DNA of 64,000 bases, from IMG/VR virus record IMGVR_UViG_3300028584_001240; one strand, 5' to 3'. Below, one piece after another: positions 50,209-60,912 of this stretch (within the stretch, counting starts at the first letter, position 1; every line of letters starts with the position of its first letter). This DNA comes from a virus (lineage: Duplodnaviria; Heunggongvirae; Uroviricota; Caudoviricetes). The notes below the pieces were generated by a model. That model was not told the origin of the DNA, did no database searches, and saw only the letters and a program-made list of their open reading frames with translations. A program made the translations under genes and the position numbers.

Positions 50209-50859
50209 TCAATCTTTCTTGCCCATAATACTGAGGATTCGCAAGAACAAGTTGATGATGTCCATATACAGTGCAGCGGCTGAGTCTACGGCGTTATCGA
50301 CAGTTTTAGGAAGTGCCGAAGCTTTACCCCAGTCGTAACCGATATAACCACAGAAGATAGCAGCAATAATCCAGTCCATAATGCCCAAGTCCATTTTAAA
50401 CACAAAGGTCAAAATCAATTCAGCAATAATAGATGCCAGCAAACCCCAAAACAGACCTGATGCAATACTCTCAAAGAACTTAGGATAGGCAGTGCCCAAC
50501 ACCATCATAATACACGTTACCACCGTTGTAACCTGCATGGCATTGATAACCAGCTCAGGTGAATACTGTGATGTTACCATATTCACAATCAAACCAAATG
50601 GCACTGCCACAAAGTTAAAACCTATAAAGCTGACAAGAGCGTTATCAGATTTAGTAAACAAATAAATACCAAACAAGCAGCTTGCAAAATAACCAATCAA
50701 GAAAACCCAAATATTAATGGACAACAGACTGGCTACTGGAATGGTTTTAACGATAAAGACGTTCATCAAAAAACCATACAGCAATACAGCACCAATGATA
50801 AAATTATACAATCGTGTAGAAATTGTATTTTCCGAAGCATAAGCCGTAGATGTTTTCAT
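50209..50859 (-). CDS. Bax-inhibitor-1/YccA (TMBIM) family membrane protein
   Basis: 216 aa, about 7 TM segments. C-terminal AALYMDIINLFLRILSIMG matches the family signature (D-I-I-N-L-F-L). Confidence 0.65.
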   Translation of the reverse strand: MKTSTAYASENTISTRLYNFIIGAVLLYGFLMNVFIVKTIPVASLLSINIWVFLIGYFASCLFGIYLFTKSDNALVSFIGFNFVAVPFGLIVNMVTSQYSPELVINAMQVTTVVTCIMMVLGTAYPKFFESIASGLFWGLLASIIAELILTFVFKMDLGIMDWIIAAIFCGYIGYDWGKASALPKTVDNAVDSAAALYMDIINLFLRILSIMGKKD

Positions 50860-50928
50860 TTATTTTAAAACTCCAAGTAGTTAATGTTAAGGCCATATTA
50901 TAGCAAAAATCAGACATATTTACAACAA

Positions 50929-51498
50929 TTAAATGCAAATCATGCGAATAACTTCACGTTCTTCTGGTGTCATGCTTGCTAAGGGTTTAATCAATTCTTC
51001 TGGAATAGGTTGACCAAAATAGCTAATGTAATAATCTAACACTTTTCTTTCCATTTCTTCAATATTACTGTCATTTACTTCAAAAAGAGACATGTGATAA
51101 TCACCATATTCAAGCTCGTTAAATTCAAAGAGATGAACCTTTTGAATATGCCCAGATAAATTGATAAAATAATAAGCATACTCATTATAACATTCATCAT
51201 ATTTTTCAGGATTGAAAAACTCATCATAATCTTTAATGATATTATATAGCTTGGACTCAAATGAATATTTTTCTTCAAGATAATTTAAAAAATCACTCCA
51301 ATTGTGATGATCTGGGTTAATGCCAAAAGCATGACCTTCATCCAATGTGATGTGATCAACTAGATTGTGTTCATGGACAAGCTTTGGCCGGGTCAATCTA
51401 AAAGATTTTTTAGTAATCCCTTTCGAGATAAGAAAATCTTTGACCTGTTCATAAATTGTGTCATAGGAAAACTCTTTGGTTTCAATCATCAATATCAC
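50929..51498 (-). CDS. C-terminal tail family protein, subfamily D paralog 1 (189 aa; ends ...TPEEREVIRMICI)
   Basis: ORF table. Confidence 0.55.
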   Translation of the reverse strand: MILMIETKEFSYDTIYEQVKDFLISKGITKKSFRLTRPKLVHEHNLVDHITLDEGHAFGINPDHHNWSDFLNYLEEKYSFESKLYNIIKDYDEFFNPEKYDECYNEYAYYFINLSGHIQKVHLFEFNELEYGDYHMSLFEVNDSNIEEMERKVLDYYISYFGQPIPEELIKPLASMTPEEREVIRMICI

Positions 51499-51555
51499 CT
51501 TTAAAATAGATGAATCATTATAGCATTATAATAACAAAAAATCCACACAATCTAT

Positions 51556-52122
51556 CTAAATATGAATCATTTCAAGTAACGATATTTCTTCTTTTGATAA
51601 TTGACTTAATGGTCTTTTTAATTCTTCTGGTGTGTTGGCATTTCCAAAATACTGAAAATAGTAATCGAAAATTCTAGTTTCTAATGAGCGTAAATTAGTG
51701 TCATCAAATTCAAGAAACTTCATATAATCATTGCCCAACTCAATGTCAGTAAAGTCAAATGAATAAACTTTTCTCAGTCTTTGATCCATATCAAAAGCAT
51801 AATGACCATTAACATAATAACAGTCTTTTCTCGGATGCTTATTAAAAAAGTCATCATAAAAACCCAGTGTTTTTTCAAGGCGGCTCTCAAAAGAATAACG
51901 ATGGTCTAAATATTCAGCCAAAGGTTCACAAAAAGGATGGTTCCATTTGATTTTAAAACAATGCCCCATCGAAATAGTTTGATTATCAAAAATAATTTCA
52001 CGAGTCAGAATCTCTGGAATTGCTGCACAGAAGTCTTCCTTTTTGATAGAATTAATCAAACAAAAAGTTTGAAGAGATTCAAAGACAGTCTCATCAGTAA
52101 ACTTATAGGTTTCAATCGTCAT
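51556..52122 (-). CDS. C-terminal tail family protein, subfamily D paralog 2 (188 aa; ends ...SKEEISLLEMIHI)
   Basis: Shares DYYxxYFG, PEEL and RPL blocks with its neighbours. Confidence 0.55.
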   Translation of the reverse strand: MTIETYKFTDETVFESLQTFCLINSIKKEDFCAAIPEILTREIIFDNQTISMGHCFKIKWNHPFCEPLAEYLDHRYSFESRLEKTLGFYDDFFNKHPRKDCYYVNGHYAFDMDQRLRKVYSFDFTDIELGNDYMKFLEFDDTNLRSLETRIFDYYFQYFGNANTPEELKRPLSQLSKEEISLLEMIHI

Positions 52123-52137
52123 ATAAAACTCCTAGAA

Positions 52138-52758
52138 TCAAAACACATACATCAAAAATACTTTATATTCCTCTGGTGTCATCTTAGTAATAGGTTTTCT
52201 AAGTTCATCAGGTAAATCCGGCATATAACGAATATACGCTCTATTAAAGAATTCCTCAATCATTTCATAGTAAAGCGTATCATCCATGCCTTCATACATA
52301 ATAATTTCAACACCATCATCGTCTTCATTACAACAATCCGTCAATCTAAGCGTTCTAGCCACTTTAAGCAATCCATTTTTATCAAAATAAAAAGCTTCTT
52401 CATAATCATCAAATGGGTCGTCTTGAACATTAAGACTATTAGCAATTTGGTAAATTTTATCCATAATAGGAAAATGGATATCACCATCATTATTCTGTGT
52501 GCAATGTGCGGCTGCTAATTGAGTTAGCTTACGTTCACAGCTTTCAAGTTGCCAAAAAATAGTGAAACAATCCACCGAAATTTTACTGTATTCACAATAG
52601 TTATTATAGGTGGCAACATTCCCCATCACTTCATCAGTGGTATAGACCTTACCGTCTTTAGTAAATGTAATAGTATCTATAAATTTCCTAATATCATCAA
52701 TTGTGTATTCTTTTGAGATTTTAGGGTAGTTAGTATATTGATAAAAGTCGTGTTTCAT
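52138..52758 (-). CDS. C-terminal tail family protein, subfamily D paralog 3 (206 aa; ends ...TPEEYKVFLMYVF)
   Basis: ORF table. Confidence 0.55.
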   Translation of the reverse strand: MKHDFYQYTNYPKISKEYTIDDIRKFIDTITFTKDGKVYTTDEVMGNVATYNNYCEYSKISVDCFTIFWQLESCERKLTQLAAAHCTQNNDGDIHFPIMDKIYQIANSLNVQDDPFDDYEEAFYFDKNGLLKVARTLRLTDCCNEDDDGVEIIMYEGMDDTLYYEMIEEFFNRAYIRYMPDLPDELRKPITKMTPEEYKVFLMYVF

Positions 52759-53618
52759 ATTGTCTCCATCATTAATAAAGCAAGATAACGATCACGCATC
52801 TCAGTATTAGACAAATCAATCTGGTCTTTTTTCAACCCGTAACGTTGCTTAATGATAGGAAGAAGCCTACTGATAAATTGTGCTTCCATGATTTCAGGCA
52901 ATTGGTCTTTATTAATAGGTCGAGACATCGAAATAAGGTCTTCATAAGATCGAGCCGCAAACACTTGTCTAGTAGTATACACTGTATCAGCATAAACATC
53001 CACAATAAAACTGGCCGCATAGTCTTGGTCAAACCAAGTATCTACAATAAATATGGGTTTAAGGTTGTTGTGTTGATCAATATAAAAATGAAGTTGACTT
53101 TTAATCAAAGAAACCTTTATATGGCTGTATCGTTTATTTTTTTTGTAAGCCTGATTAAATTTTAATTGGGCAATGTTACAACGGCAACATACATCATCTT
53201 GGGCATATTTAGATTTAAAAGAAATATAAGCCACAGGATTTGCAGCTACTGTTTCAAAATCATTCTGCACAATAGACAATATGCCAGATGAAGACATATT
53301 TTTAGCAACATCAATATAAGCTTTTAATACATTGTCAACAGTTTCTCTTTTGATGTTAAAGGCTTTGCAGAAAGTGTGTTCAAACTCATTACGATCTTCT
53401 TTTACAAAGTGATCGACTTTAAAGATTGCACGATTTTTATGAATAAAAACATTAAAGTGACTGTCTGTATTAGTGATTTTAAATTCAAACTGTCCAAAAG
53501 TGCCGGGAACACTTCCGCCTTCTGATGGCGTGTTGATAGCTACATGGGAACTGAGAGCTTGATGTATGTGATCAGCAAAAATTTCTTCTGGCCGTAGACT
53601 GTTTGTAATAGATTGCAT
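52755..53618 (-). CDS. C-terminal tail family protein (287 aa; ends ...RYLALLMMETI)
   Basis: ORF table. 4-nt overlap. Confidence 0.55.
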   Translation of the reverse strand: MQSITNSLRPEEIFADHIHQALSSHVAINTPSEGGSVPGTFGQFEFKITNTDSHFNVFIHKNRAIFKVDHFVKEDRNEFEHTFCKAFNIKRETVDNVLKAYIDVAKNMSSSGILSIVQNDFETVAANPVAYISFKSKYAQDDVCCRCNIAQLKFNQAYKKNKRYSHIKVSLIKSQLHFYIDQHNNLKPIFIVDTWFDQDYAASFIVDVYADTVYTTRQVFAARSYEDLISMSRPINKDQLPEIMEAQFISRLLPIIKQRYGLKKDQIDLSNTEMRDRYLALLMMETI

Positions 53619-53675
53619 AACATCTCCCCAATAATAAGCTTTATTATAGCAAAAAAATAAAGGAGACGCAAGATG

Positions 53676-53710
53676 AAAAAAACCAACACGAATGTTGGTT
53701 TTTTATTTTA
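53676..53710 (-). terminator. terminator aaccaaca-cgaa-tgttggtt flanked by A/T runs
   Basis: Read directly. Confidence 0.55.
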
Positions 53711-53717
53711 AAGTTTA

Positions 53718-54950
53718 TTATTTTACAATAACCGTCGCCGTTAATGGAACACTACATCTTTCTTCATTGTTAACAGTCTTACATGCTGATATATAATAAG
53801 GATAAGTTCCAACTGCTGCTGGTGCATTAGTTGGAAAAGCTACAACTGCAGCCGTTGCTGAGTTAGTTGCCTTTCTAACAAGTGTTGATCCTGCTGATTT
53901 AGAGAACACATCAAAGGTTAATGCTGTATTAGGAGCTACTGTATTTTGGTATCTCACATTATTAATCATAGCAATAGTAGCCGTAGGTGATGCTTCAATC
54001 GTTAATGGCTTTGTTATGGATGCACTACCACCTGCTTCATTATAAGCAGCTAACACAATATTGAATGTGCCTTCACATACACCACATACAGTTTTTTGAA
54101 CGCCTGATGTTGCATCAACAAAAGTACTTGGAAAACCAGTATACGAACTAGATGATCTTATTTGATAACTTGTTGCATTAGTTGCATTAAAATTAAGTGC
54201 ATAAGTTTGACCACCATAAATGACACTTGGAAACTCAAATGAATTGATTACTGGTATAGCCACAGACTTCACCGTTACACTTTTTGTAAAGACTTTACCT
54301 TCTTCATTGGTAGCTTCAAGTGTGTAAATGGTATCACCAATTGGGTGAACTCGACCATAAGTTACAGTTTTAAGTGTTTTAGTTAATAATGCTGAATAGC
54401 CAAGATTATTCGTTAACTTTAATGTCGTAGGTGTTGGCATATCCCATGTAAATACCAAAGAAGTGTTAGTATTAGATACTACTGGTTTATCAACGGTGAA
54501 GCTAGTAATCATATTGACATCAGCTACATCTACTGTCAGTGTACGTTGTTCACTATTACCAAATGAGTCAATACCTTCCAATATATAATTAAAATTTCCA
54601 CTATTAGATTGAGTAACATTACGGCTAGTTGTTTTATTATCTATTACTTGTCCATTAAATTTTAATGTCACTGCATTTTTAATAGACCAATCAAATTTTG
54701 AAATATCACCTTTATTAACTGTATTTGAGTCTACAGTAAATGAAATAATTTCAATTTTATCTTTATCGTCAGGAATTGGATTTTCTTCAACAGGTGGAAT
54801 TTCTTCTACTGGCGGAACTTCTACTATAGGTTTACTGACAAACACAATGTTTGATTTATCAGGAGAAATTATGACTGTGTATTGGTTTGCAGCATAAGTG
54901 CTTGAAACTAACATCATGGATAATAATGTTATTTTTAGATTTTTATTCAT
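53718..54950 (-). CDS. secreted repetitive protein with Pro/Glu repeats (PPVEEIPPVEENPIP) and probable Ig-like beta domains
   Basis: 410 aa. Signal peptide MNKNLKITLLSMMLVSSTYAANQ. Confidence 0.5.
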   Translation of the reverse strand: MNKNLKITLLSMMLVSSTYAANQYTVIISPDKSNIVFVSKPIVEVPPVEEIPPVEENPIPDDKDKIEIISFTVDSNTVNKGDISKFDWSIKNAVTLKFNGQVIDNKTTSRNVTQSNSGNFNYILEGIDSFGNSEQRTLTVDVADVNMITSFTVDKPVVSNTNTSLVFTWDMPTPTTLKLTNNLGYSALLTKTLKTVTYGRVHPIGDTIYTLEATNEEGKVFTKSVTVKSVAIPVINSFEFPSVIYGGQTYALNFNATNATSYQIRSSSSYTGFPSTFVDATSGVQKTVCGVCEGTFNIVLAAYNEAGGSASITKPLTIEASPTATIAMINNVRYQNTVAPNTALTFDVFSKSAGSTLVRKATNSATAAVVAFPTNAPAAVGTYPYYISACKTVNNEERCSVPLTATVIVK

Positions 54951-55002
54951 ATACTTTATTATGGTTTTGTTATTATTATAATCATTTTCTAACGAAAGTC
55001 AA

Positions 55003-55027
55003 TAAAAAAGCCTCCGAAGAGGCTTTA
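55003..55027 (-). terminator. terminator gcctc-ttcg-gaggc + T6 (minus strand) downstream of ligA
   Basis: RC reads aaagcctcttcggaggctttttt. Confidence 0.6.
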
Positions 55028-55043
55028 TATATTGTTAAGTAAA

Positions 55044-56918
55044 TCAGACTGCAATGTATTTTGCAACAAATTCAGCTTCGGTCAAGATTTCAATATCAAC
55101 ACCTTTCGCTTTCAAGGCTTGGGCGTCAGCAAGTTTACTACCAGCACTTTCACCGTAAACAAGAATTTGTGTTGTCTTGCTTGCTTTGCTTTGGATCTTC
55201 GCACCTTTCGATGTGAAGAACGCTTCAATCTCTTTACGTGAGTAGCTAACCATTGTACCAGTTACCACCACGTTCTTACCAGAGAATGGACTATCATTGT
55301 CAACAACTGCTTGTGAAGACAATTCAAGATTGAACAAAGGACGCAAGGTATTAATCAATTCAAGTTTTTCTTGAATACCGGCTGGAATGAGAACGCTATT
55401 CACTGGGCCGTAACCTTTCATCTTAATCAACTTACCTTCTTCGACTTCATGCAGTGCGTCGATATTGAAGACTTTAAGCAACTTTTTAGAGTCGCCTTTA
55501 CCAAGACTCGAAATACCGAAGGCTGCAAGGAAACGCCAGTCTTCAATTTGACTTGATTTACTGGTTTCAAGAGCGGCGACCAAGTTAGGGCTTTCACCTT
55601 TACCAAAACCAGCGGTCAAGAAATCCTGCTCTTTCATTGCGTAAATCTTTTCCAAGGTGTCGAAACCTGCTTCAACCAACTTAGCGACTGTTTTACCACC
55701 AAAACCATCGTTGTTAGCCAATGTTGCAAAGAAGTGCAACAAGGTCTGGCTAATTTGTTCCGAGCAACCTGAATGGTTAGGGCAGAAAAGGAAGTGACTT
55801 TCCCATTCAAGCACAGTGTTACAGCAAGGGCAGTTCGTTGGAACTTCGTATTCAGCTTGGGTAATCACTTTTTCAATTTTAGGGATTACTTCACCACTAC
55901 GAATGATTTCAATGACGGCACCTACACCCATTTTGTTCGTGCGAACGTTGTTCATGTGGTGAGCGGTTACGTTACTAATCGTTGCACCAGACACAAGAAC
56001 AGGAGCCACAGCAAGAACCGGCGTGATAGTGCCAGTGCGACCTACTTGAAGTTTAACATCAAGCACAGTAGTCTGTGCAGTTTCACCACGTTCTTTAAAT
56101 GCACACTGCCATTTATTGTGATGGTTGTTGTAGCCCATGTATTCTTTGATTTCTGGAACAATGGATTCAATCACGAAACCGTCAATCAAGTAAGGAATAG
56201 CAGCACGCAAATCGTTGTTGATTTGTACAAGGTTAGCAAGAATGTCATCAGCCGTGCCAACATAAGCCTGCAACGTGGTGTAAGGCACAAAATGAATCGC
56301 ACCGTCATCCAAAGCCTTCTGAGTTTCAGGGCGTGTATCTTCCTGAGACAATACGCTGCTCATCATGTTACGTGGATGTGGGAACATCGAAGCAAGGTTC
56401 TCTGCGAAATAAGTCTTGTCAATCACCAACTCGCCACGACCTTCTGCATTTTCTTTACGAATAACACCTTTATCGTAGATGTAAGTAATGTCGTTACCAC
56501 GAATGCCATCACCACGAGTAGATAGTTTTTCTGTTTCATGGCAACCCGCAAAACCATCAAGTTTGCAAGTAACTTTATACATGGATTTTACATGAAGATC
56601 CTGAGCTACGTCTTCAACACGTTTAAACCATTTAGCCAAGGCTTCGGAAGTGTAGAATTTTTCGGTTGACAGCATAGGGGAAGAGTGAGTAATAGCGTTT
56701 TCGCCAACTTCTTCCAATTCAATTTCATCAAACCATGTTGATTCAGGGAATTTAGCACGAAAATCTTCAACAACAGCGTCATAATTTTCATCGGCAATTG
56801 GATCAAGACCAAACAATGCAGTCTTTGGCAACGATTTACGGTAGCAATCGTTATAATCTTCAAGCAGCTCAATGAAAGCAGCTTCGGTTGTTGGGTATTT
56901 GATGTCATTGATATTCAT
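55044..56918 (-). CDS. ligA: NAD-dependent DNA ligase
   Basis: 624 aa. Adenylation motif CKLDGFAG (KxDG), Cys4 zinc finger CPCCNTVLEWESHFLFCPNHSGC, HhH region and C-terminal BRCT domain. Confidence 0.88.
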   Translation of the reverse strand: MNINDIKYPTTEAAFIELLEDYNDCYRKSLPKTALFGLDPIADENYDAVVEDFRAKFPESTWFDEIELEEVGENAITHSSPMLSTEKFYTSEALAKWFKRVEDVAQDLHVKSMYKVTCKLDGFAGCHETEKLSTRGDGIRGNDITYIYDKGVIRKENAEGRGELVIDKTYFAENLASMFPHPRNMMSSVLSQEDTRPETQKALDDGAIHFVPYTTLQAYVGTADDILANLVQINNDLRAAIPYLIDGFVIESIVPEIKEYMGYNNHHNKWQCAFKERGETAQTTVLDVKLQVGRTGTITPVLAVAPVLVSGATISNVTAHHMNNVRTNKMGVGAVIEIIRSGEVIPKIEKVITQAEYEVPTNCPCCNTVLEWESHFLFCPNHSGCSEQISQTLLHFFATLANNDGFGGKTVAKLVEAGFDTLEKIYAMKEQDFLTAGFGKGESPNLVAALETSKSSQIEDWRFLAAFGISSLGKGDSKKLLKVFNIDALHEVEEGKLIKMKGYGPVNSVLIPAGIQEKLELINTLRPLFNLELSSQAVVDNDSPFSGKNVVVTGTMVSYSRKEIEAFFTSKGAKIQSKASKTTQILVYGESAGSKLADAQALKAKGVDIEILTEAEFVAKYIAV

Positions 56919-57003
56919 GTATTAAGCTCCGTTTGATTTCATATATTATACCATTTTAAATGGTCTAGATCAAGTAAATTAAGGCTTTGAAGGTGATTTT
57001 TTG

Positions 57004-57822
57004 TTAAATTTTCATCATATCGAAAAGTGTATTGATTGATTCGACATCAAAGCTCTCAAAATCAATAGTGGTGCCAGTGAAGGCTTCAAAACGAGCTTTA
57101 TAGTTAATGTTAAACAGCTCACGTTTAATCACATACGTCAACTCCGTTAAGAAGTCATCGAATTTTTCAAATGTCTTGGATGTTTGAAAAAGAACATTTT
57201 CTTTATCTAGGTCATCAAGACTAATGATTTTTACATTGTAATAAAAAACATTATTCAGTTTTCTGAAATTAATAATCAATTCTTGATGATTTTTCTGACC
57301 CATCATTACAGAACTGAACTTGGTTGGTGTATGAAAAGTATGTTGAATGCCTGCAATGTATTCATTAAAAATAATATCATAGGTTAACGACACTGGTATA
57401 GTGCTGTTTGTACGATAATTGCCGTGGTCGTCATAGATTTCAGCGGGCACAGTCATTCGATTAAATCGTTTATCATACCAAAAGCTGGATAGCTTACTGC
57501 TCATCCGTTGTGGGGTCTTAAATCGGCTTTCAAAGCCAGTACCTGATGTGAATAGTCGATAGTCAAACATCACCGTAAACAGATTAGTACAAATTTCAAA
57601 CATCTGTTCTTGACTGAATGGGGCTTCATACTCCATGTTATTAATCAAAGCAGTATATGCCTTATTAAAGCCAACTTGTAAATCAATACCATCTCTCGTC
57701 ACTTTGGGCAAGTTATGAATTACTAAGCCATTATCCACCATTTTTAGGCAGGATTTCATAAAAGGTTTAATCTCGTGATCATCAAAACCAGATTTATAAT
57801 GTTTAGCCATCAGTTCAATCAT
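57004..57822 (-). CDS. C-terminal tail family protein (272 aa; ends ...INTLFDMMKI)
   Basis: ORF table. Confidence 0.5.
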   Translation of the reverse strand: MIELMAKHYKSGFDDHEIKPFMKSCLKMVDNGLVIHNLPKVTRDGIDLQVGFNKAYTALINNMEYEAPFSQEQMFEICTNLFTVMFDYRLFTSGTGFESRFKTPQRMSSKLSSFWYDKRFNRMTVPAEIYDDHGNYRTNSTIPVSLTYDIIFNEYIAGIQHTFHTPTKFSSVMMGQKNHQELIINFRKLNNVFYYNVKIISLDDLDKENVLFQTSKTFEKFDDFLTELTYVIKRELFNINYKARFEAFTGTTIDFESFDVESINTLFDMMKI

Positions 57823-57938
57823 AACCAGCCCTCTAAAATTTTGTATATTGTATCAAAATAAATAAAAAAAGTCATCTTTTATTTAAAAAAAATGACTTCG
57901 TAGACAATAAAAAAGGCTAATCGTTTAGCCTTCTAAAT

Positions 57939-59210
57939 TTAAATGCAATTTCTTGCCAATAGTTTTTCTGCTACTTGTTGAATGTCTTTTTCTTTGGCAT
58001 CACACACTGGCAGTTTCTTATGATTTTTAGAAACAAATGTATAGGATTTTACCACCAAATCCAACCATTCAGGTTCAATTTCACCAGTTTCTGGTAGTTT
58101 GTACATAGGACTTTTATAACTATAAATACTAATGTAGCCATATTCTTTACTACCATGCACCATCTCGGTATCCCGTTTGTAAGTGCTGAGCATGTCTTCA
58201 TCAAAAGCAATATAGTATTTACCAGCAGAGTTCTTTTTCCATTTGCAATCACTTGACCACATGCCATAAGTATACAACAAATTAATATTGTCATAAGTCA
58301 TATATTCCATAACAGAAGCTAAACTGGTAACATCATAAGGTTTAGCTTTCTCAATCGAGAACTCCTGTGCCAAGCTCTCTCCAATAAAAGAAGACGTAAG
58401 AATAACATAAGGGTTTTCATTTTTAATAAAAACACCATTTTCAATGACAACACAAGGTTCAGCGTTATCAATGTAATGTTTTACAATTTCTGGATATTCA
58501 CCAATAACAATTGTGTCGTGAGGAAATTGTTCACCATCGACATTTTCTTCAAGCTCTTCAAAAACACGAATAGTGCCAGTATTCACATCACGTTCATACA
58601 GAATGAATTTAGTCACACACGCTGATGTACTGGTATATGAGACAATTTCTTTTGCACCTATTTGATGTTTATGAAAACAATCACTACGCATTTCAAATTC
58701 ATTTTCATAATCAGTTGAAGCGTCAAAAATAACATCAATATCACTTTTAAAACCAAAATTATAAAGAGCCATGTCTTCTTCAAAATAATGATATTTATCG
58801 TCAAAATGATTAAGATTAAGGGCAACCATCATTTTTTTCAACAATGAAATACTGGACACATGAAATTGATAAGATGACATCATGCTAAATGAACCATCAT
58901 TCTTCATTCGTTCCCATTCTTTTGGACTGGTTAACAGAGCGGTCATGATATGTTCTCGTTGGTAATCCATATTTTCAGCAAATTTTTCTTGTGCAATACG
59001 ATATACACTGAAAAGTTCATCCAGTTTAAAAATATACTGAAAACCATCATAAGGTTTTGATGTAATCAAGGTGGTTTCTGTTTTATTATTATGGTTTTTG
59101 ATCTCAGACAACTTCTTAAAGTCACCATTTTTAAGAGCTGTCAAAAATACATCTTCCAGCTCCATAACAATAGCAGCCGAAAATTTAGGCAAATCAATAT
59201 TTCGCATCAT
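57939..59210 (-). CDS. hypothetical protein (423 aa)
   Basis: ORF table. No motif recognised. Confidence 0.5.
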   Translation of the reverse strand: MMRNIDLPKFSAAIVMELEDVFLTALKNGDFKKLSEIKNHNNKTETTLITSKPYDGFQYIFKLDELFSVYRIAQEKFAENMDYQREHIMTALLTSPKEWERMKNDGSFSMMSSYQFHVSSISLLKKMMVALNLNHFDDKYHYFEEDMALYNFGFKSDIDVIFDASTDYENEFEMRSDCFHKHQIGAKEIVSYTSTSACVTKFILYERDVNTGTIRVFEELEENVDGEQFPHDTIVIGEYPEIVKHYIDNAEPCVVIENGVFIKNENPYVILTSSFIGESLAQEFSIEKAKPYDVTSLASVMEYMTYDNINLLYTYGMWSSDCKWKKNSAGKYYIAFDEDMLSTYKRDTEMVHGSKEYGYISIYSYKSPMYKLPETGEIEPEWLDLVVKSYTFVSKNHKKLPVCDAKEKDIQQVAEKLLARNCI

Positions 59211-59225
59211 AAAGTAATCCTCTAA

Positions 59226-59819
59226 TTAAGCTTTGGCTTTGTTGATAAGAAAAGCGATCATTTTGGCTTCTGGGTCTTTACACTTTTTAAGGTATTCAGC
59301 ACAAATATCAAGAAGTTCATCATCAGGCATTTTGTTATCAACTGCCACACTAAGTTCGCTAACCCTGACCAGTTCGTACAATTTTTTCTCAAAATACTCA
59401 GCTTTATCGATCTCATCTTCAAGATAATGGTGCGAAATTATTGAAATTAGTCGAGCATATTCAGCGTATTCGTTTAAATCAAGGTTTGAATGGTTAAATA
59501 CTTTCTTGCCATCAAAATCAAGGCCAACGAGTTCAAGCAGGCTATGAGGAATCATTGCTTTAACAACAGATTCAAGTCGTTCAATATGAGACTTTGCTCG
59601 TTCAATTTCGCCATCCGTAAGAGCCATGAAAACTTCATTGAGTTTAAATCTAACTTCTTCATCACGTTTAATATCATCCAAACCCAGACACGATTCAGAA
59701 AAGTATTCCAACATATGAGTTTTCATTTCATATTCACTTTTAGCTTGAGCAATCTCATAGCCAAGGGTCTTTAACACTCGATTGAAATCACTGCTGGCTC
59801 GCTTAAATAGATAAATCAT
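59226..59819 (-). CDS. hypothetical helical protein (197 aa)
   Basis: ORF table. Confidence 0.45.
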   Translation of the reverse strand: MIYLFKRASSDFNRVLKTLGYEIAQAKSEYEMKTHMLEYFSESCLGLDDIKRDEEVRFKLNEVFMALTDGEIERAKSHIERLESVVKAMIPHSLLELVGLDFDGKKVFNHSNLDLNEYAEYARLISIISHHYLEDEIDKAEYFEKKLYELVRVSELSVAVDNKMPDDELLDICAEYLKKCKDPEAKMIAFLINKAKA

Positions 59820-59846
59820 TAGAAATCTCCGTAAAGTAGATGATTA

Positions 59847-60287
59847 TTATAACACACCTTCACTGTTTTTGCTTCTTTTTAATGTTAAAATAAATCTTTT
59901 TTTATCAATATTTGAAATGCTTTCAATTGCTTTAAAACTCAGCAGAGTTTTAAAGACACTGTATTGCTGATAGTTAATACGATAATCCTTTATATATGCC
60001 AAAGCCATAGGCTCAGTCAAGGTTAAAAAGTATTTAATGTCATCGGCAAAACCATAATCAGTAAACAATTTATTAATCGCTTTAATGGTTAACGTATTAA
60101 GGTATTTAATGGTAAGCACATGGCCTACGTTATCCATGAAAATAAGAGGATTCTGAGGATCAATACATTCATCATTCATAGCATTAATAACAATGGCAAG
60201 ATAATTCTCTGGATAACCATCTTTTTCACATTGTAGTCTGTAACGAATTAAATTTACCCATTCTGCTGATGTATTTTTCATAACCAC
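59847..60287 (-). CDS. hypothetical protein (146 aa)
   Basis: ORF table. Confidence 0.45.
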   Translation of the reverse strand: MVMKNTSAEWVNLIRYRLQCEKDGYPENYLAIVINAMNDECIDPQNPLIFMDNVGHVLTIKYLNTLTIKAINKLFTDYGFADDIKYFLTLTEPMALAYIKDYRINYQQYSVFKTLLSFKAIESISNIDKKRFILTLKRSKNSEGVL

Positions 60288-60343
60288 CTCTACTTATTGC
60301 ATATTTTGTATAAAGATATTAACAAAAAAATATAAAAATCGCA

Positions 60344-60856
60344 ATGTTTTTTTTAGAAATAAATGCTATAATAAGAAATAATCAAACAAGAAAGGTTGCA
60401 AAAATGAGTGTATTAGAAGAAATTAAAGCAAAACTTGAAACCAATGAAGCATTGGACAAAGAAATCGGAAAAGCATTTAGCAATATCTATTCTTGTACAA
60501 GAGTATGGGCGGCATGGAGTTATGATACAATGACAGCAGATGACTTTCCTCCATTTGAAAAAGGTGATGAAGCCTTTGATGAGTTTGTTAAAGAATTAAA
60601 AACTTCTTTATTGACTGAAAATATTGATAATCCTGATAAGTTTTATGATCTTGTTGAAAAACATATTTGCAACTATGAATTGTATTACAATGAAGACGTT
60701 GATCGCTATTTTTATTCACAGGCTTTCAATGATGATTTTCTTGGTGAAACAGATTTAACCGATATTTATCCAGCGGCTAAAAAATATCAAGAAGTTCATG
60801 CACCAAAGCCAGAAACACCAGAAGTAAAAGTTAAACCGATTAAAAACAAGCCTTGA
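60344..60856 (+). CDS. hypothetical acidic protein (170 aa)
   Basis: ORF table. Possibly starts at the internal MSVLEEIKAK, which has SD aaaggttg upstream. Confidence 0.45.
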   Translation: MFFLEINAIIRNNQTRKVAKMSVLEEIKAKLETNEALDKEIGKAFSNIYSCTRVWAAWSYDTMTADDFPPFEKGDEAFDEFVKELKTSLLTENIDNPDKFYDLVEKHICNYELYYNEDVDRYFYSQAFNDDFLGETDLTDIYPAAKKYQEVHAPKPETPEVKVKPIKNKP

Positions 60857-60867
60857 TAACACTACAA

Positions 60868-60897
60868 ATAAAAACCACATAACGATGTGGTTTTTTT
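60868..60897. terminator. bidirectional terminator ccacat-aacg-atgtgg + T7
   Basis: aaaaccacataacgatgtggttttttt read directly. Confidence 0.65.
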
Positions 60898-60912
60898 GTA
60901 TTCAAATATTAT